A DNA stretch of 64,000 bases from Trichoplax adhaerens (taxonomy: Eukaryota; Animalia; Placozoa), in the NCBI RefSeq assembly GCF_000150275.1, contig NW_002060943.1:8254066-8318065 (forward strand), written 5' to 3'. Under the pieces are notes generated by a model. That model did no database searches. It had not been told where the DNA came from and saw only the letters and a list, made by a program, of their open reading frames with translations. Positions 15,001 to 28,234 of the stretch are shown here, piece after piece; position 1 is the first letter of the stretch, and each line of letters begins with the position of its first letter. The position numbers were made by a program, and so were the translations under genes.

Positions 15001-18000
15001 AGTTAGAATCTTACAGTCACCACACGAATGTGGCCATGCTCTCATGGTTGGGGCAGGATGTTCAGGTATTGCATCACTTGTAGCACGACTTGCAGCATAT
15101 TTGTGCACATTTATAGTTTATCAAATCAATCCATCTTGCATGTTAATGGGCGGAAAATACGATGTAGCTACCTTCAAGGATGATTTGGTAGAAGCTTATA
15201 CAAATGCAGGCGTAAAAGGAGAGAAAATTATGCTATTATTAATGGAATCAGAGTTATTAAGCAATGATTTCTTAGTCTATATTAGTGAATATCTAGTCTC
15301 TGGTTCTATTACTCATTTATTTACAATAGAACAATATACTAGCATTATTAATGCAATTCGTACCGAAGTTACCCAGGCTGGATTGCATTATTCGCCTGAT
15401 GTTGCTTGGCAATTTTTTCTGCAAAAAATTCGACGTAATTTACATGTTGTCATCATTATTCCATCGATTGGTTCTCGTTTAAGGACAATATGTAATGAAT
15501 TCCCTTCCTTAATCAATAATATTGCATTTATGTGGTATGGGCATTGGTCACGTGAGAAGTTAGTATGCAATGCGATGCATCATTTAAAAAATATTAAACA
15601 GTTGACTACCAAAGATCAAGAAAATTTAGCTCACCTAATGGCATCGATGCATCTATCAATTCGTCATCATGATGATAGTGTTTATGATGGCGGTACATAT
15701 GGTCATATTACAAATTATACTTTCGAAAAGTTTGTTGAACGATTCTGTGACATGACCGCTAAACGATTCTCTGATATTTCGAAGGAAAAGTCTAAAATTG
15801 AGGCTGCATTAGATAAGATTACTACGGTATCGAAATTGGCTGCTGAGCTGAAATTGCAACTTGATCATGAACTGGTGGTTCTGGAAGAAAGGAAAGATGG
15901 CGCTAGTAAACTTTTATTTCAGATTGGTCAAGATACCGCTATATCTGAAGAACAAGCTAAATTAGTACAAAAGCAACACAATAAAATCCAGCAATTGAAA
16001 AAGAATTTACCCGAATATCAGGTAGCATTTGAGAAAGCTGAGTTTAAAGCCAGGGCTATTGTGACTGAAACAAAAAAACTACTTAACGACGTTGATACAA
16101 CGAGTTTAAGTGAGTTAAGAGCACTACAAAAACCTGAACCAGAAGTAGAGGATTTATTGGCAGCCGTAATAATGATTGTCAAAACTCCAGCATCAGACTT
16201 GACGTGGAGTAAAGGTGCTAAGCGATTAATGGCTAATCTTGATCGATTTTTAGGTGAGTTGTCCACGTTTAATGAAAGTGAATTACCAGAGAGTACTCTT
16301 GCCTTATTGGAACCATACTTAAGAAAACCTTACTTTACGCCCGATCATTATGATAAAATTGGGTTGCCCGCGGCAAGTTCTTTGTGCATGTGGGTTCGTA
16401 GTGTTGTGCGCTATCATCGTATGATGCATCATAAAGTTTTACCATTAGAATTGAAAGTGAAAAATACCGCTGCAGCTGTTAATTTAGCAACTGATCGCCT
16501 TAATAGCATGGAATCAAAAGTAGCTGTATTTACTGAGAGATTAGCTGGCCTTGGAAAAGGTTTTGAGGAAGCTTCCATAGATAAAATTGAACAATTACAG
16601 TATACAACTAGTTTAAGTAAGCAGTTGGAAAAAGCGGAATACTTCCTATCTGTCTTGCATGAACAAAAGATAAATTGGGAACAAGACTTAAGTATTATTA
16701 AAGCATGTCAAGAAAATATTGTAGGTGGCATTATTACGGCTACTGCTTCTGCCTGTTATCTTGGACCTTTAGATCCATTATTCCGGCAAGATATGTTAAT
16801 GGTTCACTGGCCACAATGTTTAAAAGAACGAGGTATACCTTTAGTTATTGACGGAATTGAGTACCATGAAGGTTATATAGTAAGATGGGCTATTGACAAA
16901 CTAAACTTACAAAATGAGCTCCTTCCAACAATAGATCGTTCAAAATCATACCAAGAATCAAAGAATTTTATTGAGATATCGTCTGATACTGATGATAATG
17001 TGAATAGCGTAACTATACCCCATGATTTACAAATCGATCCAAAAAATTTACCAGATAGAACAAGTTATACTGAATTTTGTCGATTTCTTGCGTCTTTGCT
17101 TGTTGGTGATGAGAAACTTCGTAAATGGCTCACGAAAGGTTTTGGTATGAATAAATTGGCTCTTGGTGCTATTATGGCATCGTCTTGGCAACGAACCCCG
17201 CTCTTTATCGATCCACATGGGCAAGCGGAAACTATAATTCGGGATTTGGAGAGCCCAAACGATTTAGTTGTGGTCGATATGGGACTAGCGTAAGTTATCC
17301 TTAGTATCGCGTTGAAAGCGTAGATTTGAAATAATTATTAAATATAAACGTAGCTTACATATTTAAACATAAGCCGTAATATATTTTGCTATATTTGCGA
17401 TATATTTTAGCAATCTTATGTCTCTTCATCACATCGAGAAAGCAATAATTGCTGGGAAATCCGTTTTGTGTACTAATATTGGAGAAACAATCGATTCAAT
17501 GCTAATGCCATTAATCAATCACCATAGAAATATTGTTACCGATCAATCTGGTAAACTAATTTAATTCGTTTAATACTAATTATAAGTAAGGATTATAGAA
17601 TTATGCAGTTAAGAGTAATGAAGTAAATTGAGTGTTATTAACCAATAGAGTGGAAACAGTGATATAGCAGAGGAATCAACATACGAATATGTTTACAAAG
17701 TTATAATTTATTGGTTGATTAAAATCATGTATGTGATTCATTTTCTATTTATTGATAGGTCAAAGAGTGGTCAAATTCAACAATCGCTACATCTTATGTC
17801 ATAAAATGTTCAGATTATACTTATCAACCAGCCTAGCCAAGCCTAATTTTAGCACTGAAGTTGCCTCTTTAGTGACTTTGATAAATTATACAACGTCAAG
17901 AGAAGGCCTCGAAGAAATACTCATACAAAGAATATTTGAACATATTCAGCCGACCCTTAACAAAGAATGGCGTTTAACATTAAGTGTTGGTGAACAATTA

Positions 18001-21000
18001 ATCGAATTTTTGCACAATCTCAATGAAAAATTGTTTGCGAGATTGATTAACAAGGAAGGCGTACATATATGGGATGAGATAAGCTATATAGCTGATGCTG
18101 TTGTTTGTAAGCGAAAAGTTACCCATAATCTTTATAATGCAATGCAACTATCACTTCAAATACGAAGTATTCGAGAAGACATGCATACTTTAGCATCTCA
18201 ATCGGCATCTATTTTAACTATCATTGATTTATTATCGCATTTACATCATGAGTACCGTTATTCACTGCCTCAGTTGTTAGAGGTATTCGATATTGCATTA
18301 CCACAACATGAAATTGATGAAAAAGTTATTGTTACAGTTAGTAGTTCGGCGCAAGAATCATCAACTGAAGGTGAAGACAACATAAAAACTTATAAATACT
18401 TCAAATTACCTAATATACCAACATTGCCAACACCTGGAGTAAAATACGAGCGATTGGAGAGTAGCTTGATGCGTGAATTTAAAACTTATCTTTCGCAATC
18501 TGTTTTTGATAATATTAGTCGCGGTATTTACGAGAATCACCGAATTATACTAGCAACAATGTTGTGTCTGCAATTAGAAAGTGATTATACAGACATAATT
18601 AATTCTGAACATATGCAATTCCTATTATATGGTGCAGTGTTGAAGGATAAACCCGTTACTGAAAAGCGCAAGCCTGATTGGTTACCTGATATCAAGTGGG
18701 CATCACTTATTGCTTTCTCAGAGTTATCTCCTCAAGCTCGCGATATATTTGAAGATTTCAACGAACATCATGAGTTGTGGTGTAAGTGGTACGAAAGTAG
18801 TAATCCAGAAATTATGCCCATTGGTAGTGACAAAATAAGGAATTGTAGAACAGATAAAACGATATCTTCAGAACAGGATTTTATGCGTATACTTTTACTC
18901 AGGTGTTTACGTGAAGATCGAGTTGTTAATGGTTTTGCCAGTTATCTACGTGAACATATTAATATTAAACCAACTTTAAATAATGTTCCACCACTTCATG
19001 AAATAATTGGAGAATTAAATCCTTATCAGCCAGTTTTAATTCTGATGCCAGCTGTCGATGATATCACACATATGTTTAAGTCTTCAGTGACGATGGCATC
19101 AGATTCCGTTGTAAAGCGAATAAAGATGACTAGCAAGGTTGGAAAAGGAATATACCCGTATATAATTTTTCATCATAAGTATAACTAATCATAATATCAC
19201 TAAATAGACGATTCATATTAATTGATTATATACAAATACAATTTACTTTAACAAATATTAGTACCTGGGAATTCCATGTAGCGTCATGCCATTAAACGAA
19301 GAACATGAAGACGAAATTGCAAAATTGATATATCGTGAGCAAAATTGGCTCATTATTGAAGATATTCATATGGCAAAAACTAGCTGGTTGCGAAATTTAA
19401 CAAAGATTCTCGCTAAGAGGCAGAATGCAAAAGGTAGGTTAAAAACATCCAATTTTTTATAAAGAATAACGCGCGATAATTACTATTTAAAATGAAAATA
19501 AAAGTACCGCCAAAGAATAGTTGGGAGTACAGTTTTAATGAATTTTAGTATAATTGATCCAAGTTATGTTATCGTCAACAATATTTATCACATTTTTTTT
19601 ACAGATGGCAATTTTAGACTCTTTATGACTACTCAACCAAGTCAATCGCTTCCTATTTCCTTGCTTCGCTCTTGTTATAAATTGGCATGGGATGTTGTTA
19701 TCACAGATGAGAAACAAAATGATGATAACATAAATTACGAGTTGATTGACGAAGATCTCAGAGATTCTATTATAGCTTCACTTAAATCTGTAGTAACTAT
19801 GAAAAGCGTAGCAAATAAACAACATCCACAAGTCATGTATAGACTGATTTATGGAATGTGCCTTATACATAGTTTGCTGATATCGAGACAATTATTTGGC
19901 ACAAGAGCTATGAATTATTGGTATCCTTTTACTAAAGTCCACTTACGAATGGCGATTGAACTAGCTCTTCTGGAAGCCAATGATATCGAAAGTTCGCTAG
20001 ATGAAATAGCCAGACTGATAAAAGAAGCTGTTTATGGAGAATACATTTGCGATTTGACAGATCGTCGATATCTGCGAACGCTAATCTATAAGATATTGCC
20101 TGCTACAGTAACTCAAGATAACTATGTTGTTCTTGGACGCGTTCAGTTTCAGCTACCACCTCATAACATGCATATTAATGAGTACCTAAATTGGTTTAAG
20201 AAAGAAGGTAACGTTGGTGGCACAACTCATGCGTTATCACTTGATAAGTTTGTCTTGGAAGAATACGATAAAGCCAGGTAGTTATTTGACATTAATGCAT
20301 AAAAGAGCAAATTTAGAAATGTATTCGTAATGCAGTGTTTTAATTTATCATTTTTTTGCAGGCAACTTACCTTTATTGATGAATTGGACAAAATATACAA
20401 ACAATTTGCTTTATCACAAAATACGATATGGAAAAAAGAAATAAATCTATTTGGAGAAGACATTGACCTAGAACACATCCAACAAGCAATCGATTTAGCT
20501 AATGAACAGTTGCCGACATTATTACCAATAGATAATACCACCAATACCAGACCATCATCGAGGTATTCTGATTCTATGCGAAGTAGCTCGAATGTTGTAT
20601 CTAGGGCGACATCCGCTAGATCATCTCGAAATGGAAATGCTGTATCAGTATTCGATACCGTTGATTATGCACTGCACCAGGTACATTCTATAAAATTGTT
20701 TTACTACATAGCGTTGTTTCTAAAGTATTACTTATGACAGCTATCATTATTTAAATTTTGACAACCATTGTTTTTCCTGGTCAATTTAGGAATGTATTGA
20801 ATTTAACGCCCTACTACGTGATGTTAAACGTTCATTAAATATTATTGAGAAGCAATTGGTTGGCGGCAAATTTTCGATTCCCGATAGTTCTATTAAAGTT
20901 ATCAACTCCTTGCAAAATGGTTCAGTCCCAGATTTATGGATTCACTCAAACTATATTCCTACCACTCACACTTTGCGATCTTGGCTTACAGGTATTAAAA

Positions 21001-21972
21001 AGAAATGTGAATGTTATGCTTAGTAATGAAATATTTATATTATCCACTATTGTGTAATAATAATAGCAATTCTTGCCGTTGCATACAGATCTTACAGCAA
21101 GGCACAAACAGTTGCTTAAATTGATCAATGAGGGCATCATTCAAAAATCCAGACAAGACGTAGCTGTTTATGCAGCTGAACGCTTACGTTCAATTTGGAT
21201 CGGCGGTTTATTTAACCCCAAAGCTCTTACTACGGCATTGATGCATGAAAAAGCCATACAGGAAAATCTTTTATTTGACGACGTAAGACAATCTGAAATA
21301 TACGTTGCGGAAAATCTCAATATTACAGCATGAATATACATCAGTGTATATTATGACGACTATGGCTCACGTTTTATTTTATTTTTAATAGATCACCATT
21401 GTATGTGAGGTTCATAATTCGAATAATCTTCCTGCGCCTGAGTTGATACCAGAAGGTGGATTATTCTTAACTAATTTATGGCTTGAGGGAGCTCGGTGGA
21501 ACTTCGAAACTGGATTATTAGATGATGCAGTGTAAGTACGCGTATAAATCCATAAACTAAACTATTATTCAAAGTGCCAATATAGAGGTATGCATCATTA
21601 GTAAACAACGATTATTTTATACCATTTAATAGGAGTCCGTTATTTAAAATGCCTCCTATTTGGATCACGCTTGAACGCAAGAGTGACAAAAGTAATCAGG
21701 ATGAATCGACGGATATGTTATACGAATGCCCAGTGTATATTAATCAGGTCAGTTAGGGGACATAATAATGTAACTAGGACATTTCCATAGCAGGTAGTAA
21801 TTATTCTTTTACTTATTACTTGTTGCAGGCTCATTCGAGCTATCTGTGGAGCCTTCCATTACGATGTACCGCACCATCATCACAGTGGATTTTAGCTGGA
21901 GTATCGATGATATTGGATTCGGGTTATTTTAAGTATATAATGCATAAAGCAGCACGAGAAAATAGACAATAA
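1..21972 (+). CDS. Divergent axonemal dynein heavy chain, outer-arm beta-like (DNAH9/11/17-type tail and C-terminus); 5' end outside the window; ~48 exons, ~5,100 aa within the window
   Basis: Exons joined by hand at GT-AG junctions stay in frame at every junction checked. Tail motifs GQIILPLP..VIHLLESVMIGWIKQIK (529-735); linker DEVTKWQKCL..WLDVQDKWIELEE (9126-9269) and YPRFYFLS (~9690); AAA1 in exon 11078-12178; AAA2-AAA4, stalk and microtubule-binding domain in exon 12357-17289; AAA5/6 in 17411-20277; C-terminal LWLEGARW, YECPVY and WILAGVSMIL; stop TAA 21970-21972. Confidence 0.93.
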
Positions 21973-22538
21973 CTGGAATCCGATCCAACTCTATAATGTC
22001 ATACATTAATTGATGATACGTATGTGCACGATCAAATTTTTACTTTCACTTAAAAAAATATTTTAAGCCCTCGTACCGTGCGTGTTACGCTAAAATTTAT
22101 CCTAATTTATATCTGTATTTTTAAATCCACCCTCGTTGAATTTACGTTGAAGACGAAATTATATTGTAATAAAAATAAAAATAATTATGAATACTACATA
22201 TTCTACGCGTATGTGCAAAATGAAATTATTCTTAATGCTGTAAAGTTTCTAACAAATTGACTTTTCTACAACATTGCTTATTTTTGAACTATTTTTGTCT
22301 TTTGATAAAAATCATGACTGGACCGACATGTTGGAAGACTATCTTCGTTGGGTAAATGTTCTTTATTTGCTAATTGATTTTAATGTCTATAATATTGTAT
22401 TCGATATGACTCTATACAATGTACTTTATGATCCTATATACGATAGCATTTTTTGTATTATATCATCTGCTGCTGCTTGAATTATGTAATATTTTTAGAT
22501 GATATACGTGTATAATAAATAAGATTGATAGCTATCCG

Positions 22539-22857
22539 TTCATCGTTGCTTAATGCTCATTCAAGCTTATGCGTTTAATTTTGAAGAAATGCAATTGTCG
22601 AAACTGATGACAGTACATTCATCGTTGCTTAATGCTCATTCAAGCTTATTGCGTTTAATTTTGAAGAAATGCAATTGTCGAAACTGATGGCAGTACATTC
22701 ATCGTTGCTTAATGCTCATTCAAGCTTATTGCGTTTAATTTTGAAGAAATGCAATTGTCGAAACTGATGGCAGTACATTCATCGTTGCTTAATGCTCATT
22801 CAAGCTTATTGCGTTTAATTTTGAAGAAATGCAATTGTCGAAACTGATGACAGTACA
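22539..22857. repeat. Tandem repeat, 80-bp unit x4, near-identical copies
   Basis: Unit TTCATCGTTGCTTAATGCTCATTCAAGCTTATTGCGTTTAATTTTGAAGAAATGCAATTGTCGAAACTGATG(G/A)CAGTACA starts at 22539, 22618, 22698 and 22778. Confidence 0.95.
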
Positions 22858-23483
22858 CAACATCTGTGTAAAACAGATATCAGAACAGAAGGCCTTTCAT
22901 TCAGTGTAGCGTAAAGACTTTTGCGACATCTATTTTACACATTTTGTAGAGCAATAACCACCGTATGATATGGCGACAACTCCGCTATTACAGTAGTAGA
23001 AGTGTCTAAGCTTAGACCTGACAGTGTAGGTATGGCCGTTCTGCCGATACGCTACAGTGCATTACGGTACAGTACGGTACTGGAAATGTACTGTACTTGC
23101 AGCATACTATAAGCGCATAGCTACCGGTACACATAATCAGCGTTGATAACACACTATGTGGTACGCTACCATTTCAAATGATAGTCAAGAATCGTCCAGT
23201 ACTGTACAGTACTGTGTACAATGTACTGTGGATATTACGCATGAGCTGCTCCATCGTTGACCAACGACTAACCGGAACATCGTGGCGGAACTTGCAGGTT
23301 GGTGAGCAAAGACGATGTGCAATAATATTAAGGGATATTAATCCAGTCATTCAGTACAGTAGTGCTATTGAGGATAGAGAAGTAATCTGGAATCTTTGCT
23401 GTATCTATGTGTAGTAGATTGAGTTGTACTTGGAATTTGTATCGCTTACGTGTTCAATCTTGAATTAGCTCGTTGCATGTACA

Positions 23484-26400
23484 ATGGCATCCAAAGAGAT
23501 TATACTATTTGCTAAACGATTGGCTTCCAACGAGAAGAAGATTCGCGATCGATCTGTTAGAAGGTTAAGGTTATGGCTACAGAAAAGATCCAAAGAGATA
23601 GGTAACCTCGATACTACATTTAAAATTGATTTATTCCATAGGTCAATGGGATATCAGTGATGAGTAGGACGGTTGGTTTGCACGATGGCATGACAGTATA
23701 CGTAACCGTGCACGAGACAGTCTACTTGCGATTGCTGGTCGAACATCGTAGCACGGACTAATAGAGTTAATAAAGTAGAAAGAATATCTGCATGATATGG
23801 ATTAAATGTATGGTTACTATGGTACAGTTGAATCGTGATGTACTGCAGTCTGTATTAAATGACCTTATTGGATACCTTATTATCGCTCTACATGACTCAT
23901 ATCTATCGACACGATGGTGTAGTTTACCAAGCCGTTGTCCTGAACCGAGCACAACCATTCAGTATGGACATGATTTCACTTTACTTTGGAGGTGGATGTA
24001 CTTGACGTACTCTATCCCTTTATTCGACGTGTATATCAATCAATAGATGTATAACGAGTGAGAAGCAATGTTGGATAACATTAGACCTGAAACAAAACCC
24101 AAATCGATGAAACTATGTACTCTATACTTGTATCGTGATCTTTCATCATCAATTTAATTATATTATTGGATTAATACAGCTTATAGAGTATTATGTAAAC
24201 ATAAAATCAATGAATGTCTACAGATTTCGACGAAATTGAAATACTGAAATTATGGCGAGGACTCTTCTATTGCATGTGGATGTCGGACAAACCATTAATT
24301 CAAGTCAGTAGATACAGAGCGGATTATAAGATGTATATCAGATGAACTGACTTAAAATAATAAAGGCCTAGATGCACAAGCAAATGAACTTCTAGCCTAC
24401 TAACAATATAAATAATTGAATAATTGCTTGTTAATTGCCATTTCTATCCACAAACTATTTATCTTATACAATAAATAGGAAGAATTAGCTGATATGTTGG
24501 CTTCCTTACTCTTTTGCTTTGAAGACGTGAAGAAATGTAAGAAGTGCTTTAAAGTTGAAACTTTATAATAGCATTTACCTTCTTTAGTTATAGACAAGGA
24601 AATTGAAAAAGTACAACAATATCAATGATGTTATGAGAAATGATTGTCAAACATTTCTTGTTGATCTTAGTAAGATTGTAAGCATTTATATATTCTCTTC
24701 GTAGGGTCATTATTCTTAAGCTCATTTTATAATACCATGTGCAGAGAATGGATTGGAATTGATAGATTAAGGATGGATAAATTTTACATGGTTAGATTTC
24801 ATTGCTGTAATGGATTGACGTAACTCTATTTCAGCTAATATGAATCCTTTAACTCCATGCTATCAGCTTAATTCTTTGAAATCAAGACTGTTCATTATTT
24901 GAATAACTATGACTTATACAATCATTAATGTATCTCATATAGTTAATGAAAAAGATGATGAAACAATCTCTAGTCGGGCTCCTAACGAAAGATTGGGATG
25001 ATAGGTAAATAATATAGATTGGAATATTTAAGAGTATACACTTATATATAAAATTATTCTTTTCATTACTAGTACCAACAGGATGCTATTGTAATGATAT
25101 AATAATTTTAATGTAAAAATACTATTTTATTATGCAGTTGGGTTAAAGCTTTAATAACTGTACTATCCGATGGACCTATTCATCCTACTGAGTTTAAGGT
25201 AAAAGCGTAGATACTGCCCTAGTTGCAATACTCTCCAATGTAAAATATGCAAGTTAAAAACTGTCGTCAATACTTAGTCAGTTATAAATTAAAGTGTGTG
25301 ATTTAGAAATAGCTATAGTAAATTAAAAAGTTTGCACGTTCGATACAAATTTTATCGTGCATAGAGAAAATTTATTACTTATATATTATCCGCTTTTACT
25401 ATTTAATATTGATTGAAATATTGAAAAACAGTCGTACTTAAAAATATATATTTTCTTAATGTGAAGGTTTTAGATGGAATTCGCTTATATATAACGGAAA
25501 TTTTCCTTGATGAATTGCTCTCACTTGATCTATCAAAGGTATATTGACGTTGTAGTAAATATACTTGGATTAGATTTAGTTATTAAATATTTCGGTATGT
25601 TAATCTTTTATAAACGTAGCCGTAACTAAATATCACATTTTCTATCATAAATTTATCTGTTATCTATCAATTTACAGATTTCTTGCGACCAAGTGGTAGA
25701 TCTACTGAAACCTTTTGTGACGCTCTCTGCTGAAGCTTGCAAGTAAGCCATTTATGCCTGCAGTTTATATTATTTCTGTTTTCTGTAACAATTTGTGATC
25801 CATGATGTGTCTTAATGGTGCTGTTTACTTACATCTAGTCACAGTATATTGAACACTATCGATGAAAATATTTATCAACGTTTGCTAGAGGAAGACATCA
25901 AAAGCAAGCTATCAAATTATCAGGTCAGCTAAATTGTTTAATGTATTATATGTTTATATTGCTGTCGCTGATCACGACTAATTAGCTAAAAATATAAGAT
26001 GTTTATGGGAGCTTTTTTATTTTTTGAATTGATTTGGTAGGATTTATACTCAACCCTAGAAAAAATTCTATTCGAATCAGGAAGTAAAAAAGAAGTTAAA
26101 CCTCGAAACAGAAAAATCTTATATAATGGAAGTAAAAGGTACAAGATTTAAGCGAAATTTTAGAAATCAAAGTTGTTTAAACTGCGAGTATCATGTGCTA
26201 AGTTATCATATATTACTTGTAGGTTTAGGGAAGCTAAAGCTGGTAAGGGCATATTGTACAATTCCTACATTTGACCACTGTTACAGTTTTGATTAATTCT
26301 TATTCATGTAGCGTCAATAGCTCATGATAATCCTTCAAATGTAAGTTCCGACTTTTTTAGATAGAATAGAAGATACGTTCATTAATGCTATTGCTACATT

Positions 26401-27692
26401 ACTTACTGATAATGATTCTACTGCATATTAGGCAACTGAACAAATTCTCGAGGAATCGTCGAGTGAAGATATCAAAACAGAAAATAACTTAAATTTTTCT
26501 AAGGAAATCATTGAACCTACGCAGGGTAGAATTATCATTTGCATTTTATAATTCTATTTGTCGGTATAACGATATATACGGTAATATAATTTATTGCAAT
26601 TTAATACAATATATACTCTTTTACATTGCATAAAGTAAACGAAACTGATGATACTGCCGGTAATGTATCCAATACTAAGAGAAAAAAGAAGGAGGAGGCG
26701 CCTACTACTGGTGCGAAGAAAAAGAAAGTAAAGAAAACTGAAGGTGTGTATTACGTAATTTCTTGAGGTACTAGTGATCCTGTAATAATTGCTATAAATC
26801 TAAATTAAGCCTCTCATTGTAATGAAGTACGCGTAGGTAGTGATACTGATAAACAAATCAAGCCAGAAGTATTACACCAGCAGGACGACGAAGTTAAAGA
26901 TGGTAGTTACATATTGATATTGTAAATACTTGGGAATGGTTACTGACGACATTGCACTGTATCTCTAATATTTGCAGTTAAAATGACAAAAAGACCTAGA
27001 AAAGTTAAAACAGACTCTAATCCTCTCATTGCGAAAGGTATTGATTGACACTAGCATTGCTTCGATTTGCACAAAATACCTGCAATACATTCTATTTAAG
27101 GCCTGTAATTTGCTGATCAATTAACGCTGAGCTACTTTTACATAGCGAAATCACTGATTAAATTCAAACCAAAGAAATCTCCAGCTGGAACTGCACTTAA
27201 ACTATCGTCAGGCAAAAAGAAAGAACTAGAGAAAAAAGGCAATGCACAAAAGAAGGTATAATTTGCCTATTTCAAATGAGCTACTCTTACAACGATATTG
27301 ATAATTGATTGATTTAATTTCATGATATGTGCTACGAATAGAATACAAGGTATCATTTATCTGTTTTGAAATGAGTTACTTTGCAACGGTATTAAAGATG
27401 ATTTAAATCCATAATTCGTAATGCTAACAGAAAAGCCGAACGCCGTCACCCTCTTCAGGAAAGAAAGTCAGAATTATGTTAAAAAAAAATAAAACACAAG
27501 GTATGTGAAAGTTTGACCCATGCTTCTACGGTAAAATGTTATAAATACTAGTTTTACCATTACAAGTACAGTATATTAAATCACATTTCTTTCCGTTAAA
27601 CAGAATTTCACAAAGATGAACCGGCCATTAACGTATCACCATTTCGAACGTTCAATATGCAAACCAGATCAAAAGCAGAAAATTTTTTTTAG
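23484..27692 (+). CDS. RRP1: Ribosomal RNA processing protein 1 (Nop52/RRP1 family, RRP1B-like C-terminus), multi-exon
   Basis: Exon 1 23484-23601 [32 protein letters not shown]; exon 24224-24303 [20 protein letters not shown]; exon ~24705-24790 [16 protein letters not shown], all Nop52-domain signatures. Lys-rich tail exons; last exons [15 protein letters not shown]...RSKAENFF* (TAG 27690-27692). Confidence 0.92.
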
Positions 27693-28234
27693 AAATCCGT
27701 ATTTTATATTTGTTTGCATATTTTTGTACATAATCAATTTCGATATTGCTATTCTGACGCAATTTAAAATAAAGTTTTGAACAATCTTCAAATTGATAAT
27801 GCGTTCATAGAATGTAAGTACTTAATAATCGCGAATACTATGTGTGCGTATATAATGTTTGGTTACAACGTTAAATAATTAATTATCGTAGCTATCAAGC
27901 ATTGCTCTGAATCGAACACACGTACAGTACTTTCAAAACCTCAAATTGGTCATTATGAACTTTTCAAAGACATTTACCACATTTCCTGGTAAAAACTATC
28001 GTGCTAGTCGTTTCTACATTTTCCAATAAATCATATCATTAATTAATTACAGCGTAGGATAAAAAATGATCATTGAGATAATTTTACCCTTACAGGACGC
28101 GACTGTAACAAATTGCAAAAGTGAACATCATCTTTATCTTACAGAGTTCATGAGCATTAAAATATTTAGTTAAAAAAGGTTCATTCTTAACGGTGGGAAT
28201 TGATAAAAATCATTTATCATCACGATAGCATACC

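Noticed and set aside
12298-16266. Minus-strand ORFs 12298-12669, 12874-13362, 15388-15570, 16018-16266
   Set aside because: Antisense shadows of the dynein exon with no recognisable motifs.
1-21972. Treating the many short + ORFs as separate genes, or the dynein as a fragmented pseudogene
   Set aside because: The pieces join in frame at canonical GT-AG sites in dynein domain order through to a normal C-terminus.
22539-22857. CRISPR array or hammerhead-ribozyme satellite (unit contains GAAA-CTGATGA)
   Set aside because: Units are contiguous with no unique spacers and no cas genes, in a eukaryotic context. GAAA directly abuts CTGATGA, leaving no room for hammerhead stems I/III, and two of the four copies read CTGATGG.
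23602-24223. Intronic C/D snoRNA in RRP1 intron 1 (GTGATGA at ~23657)
   Set aside because: No suitably spaced CTGA D box with a terminal stem or rRNA-complementary guide could be identified.
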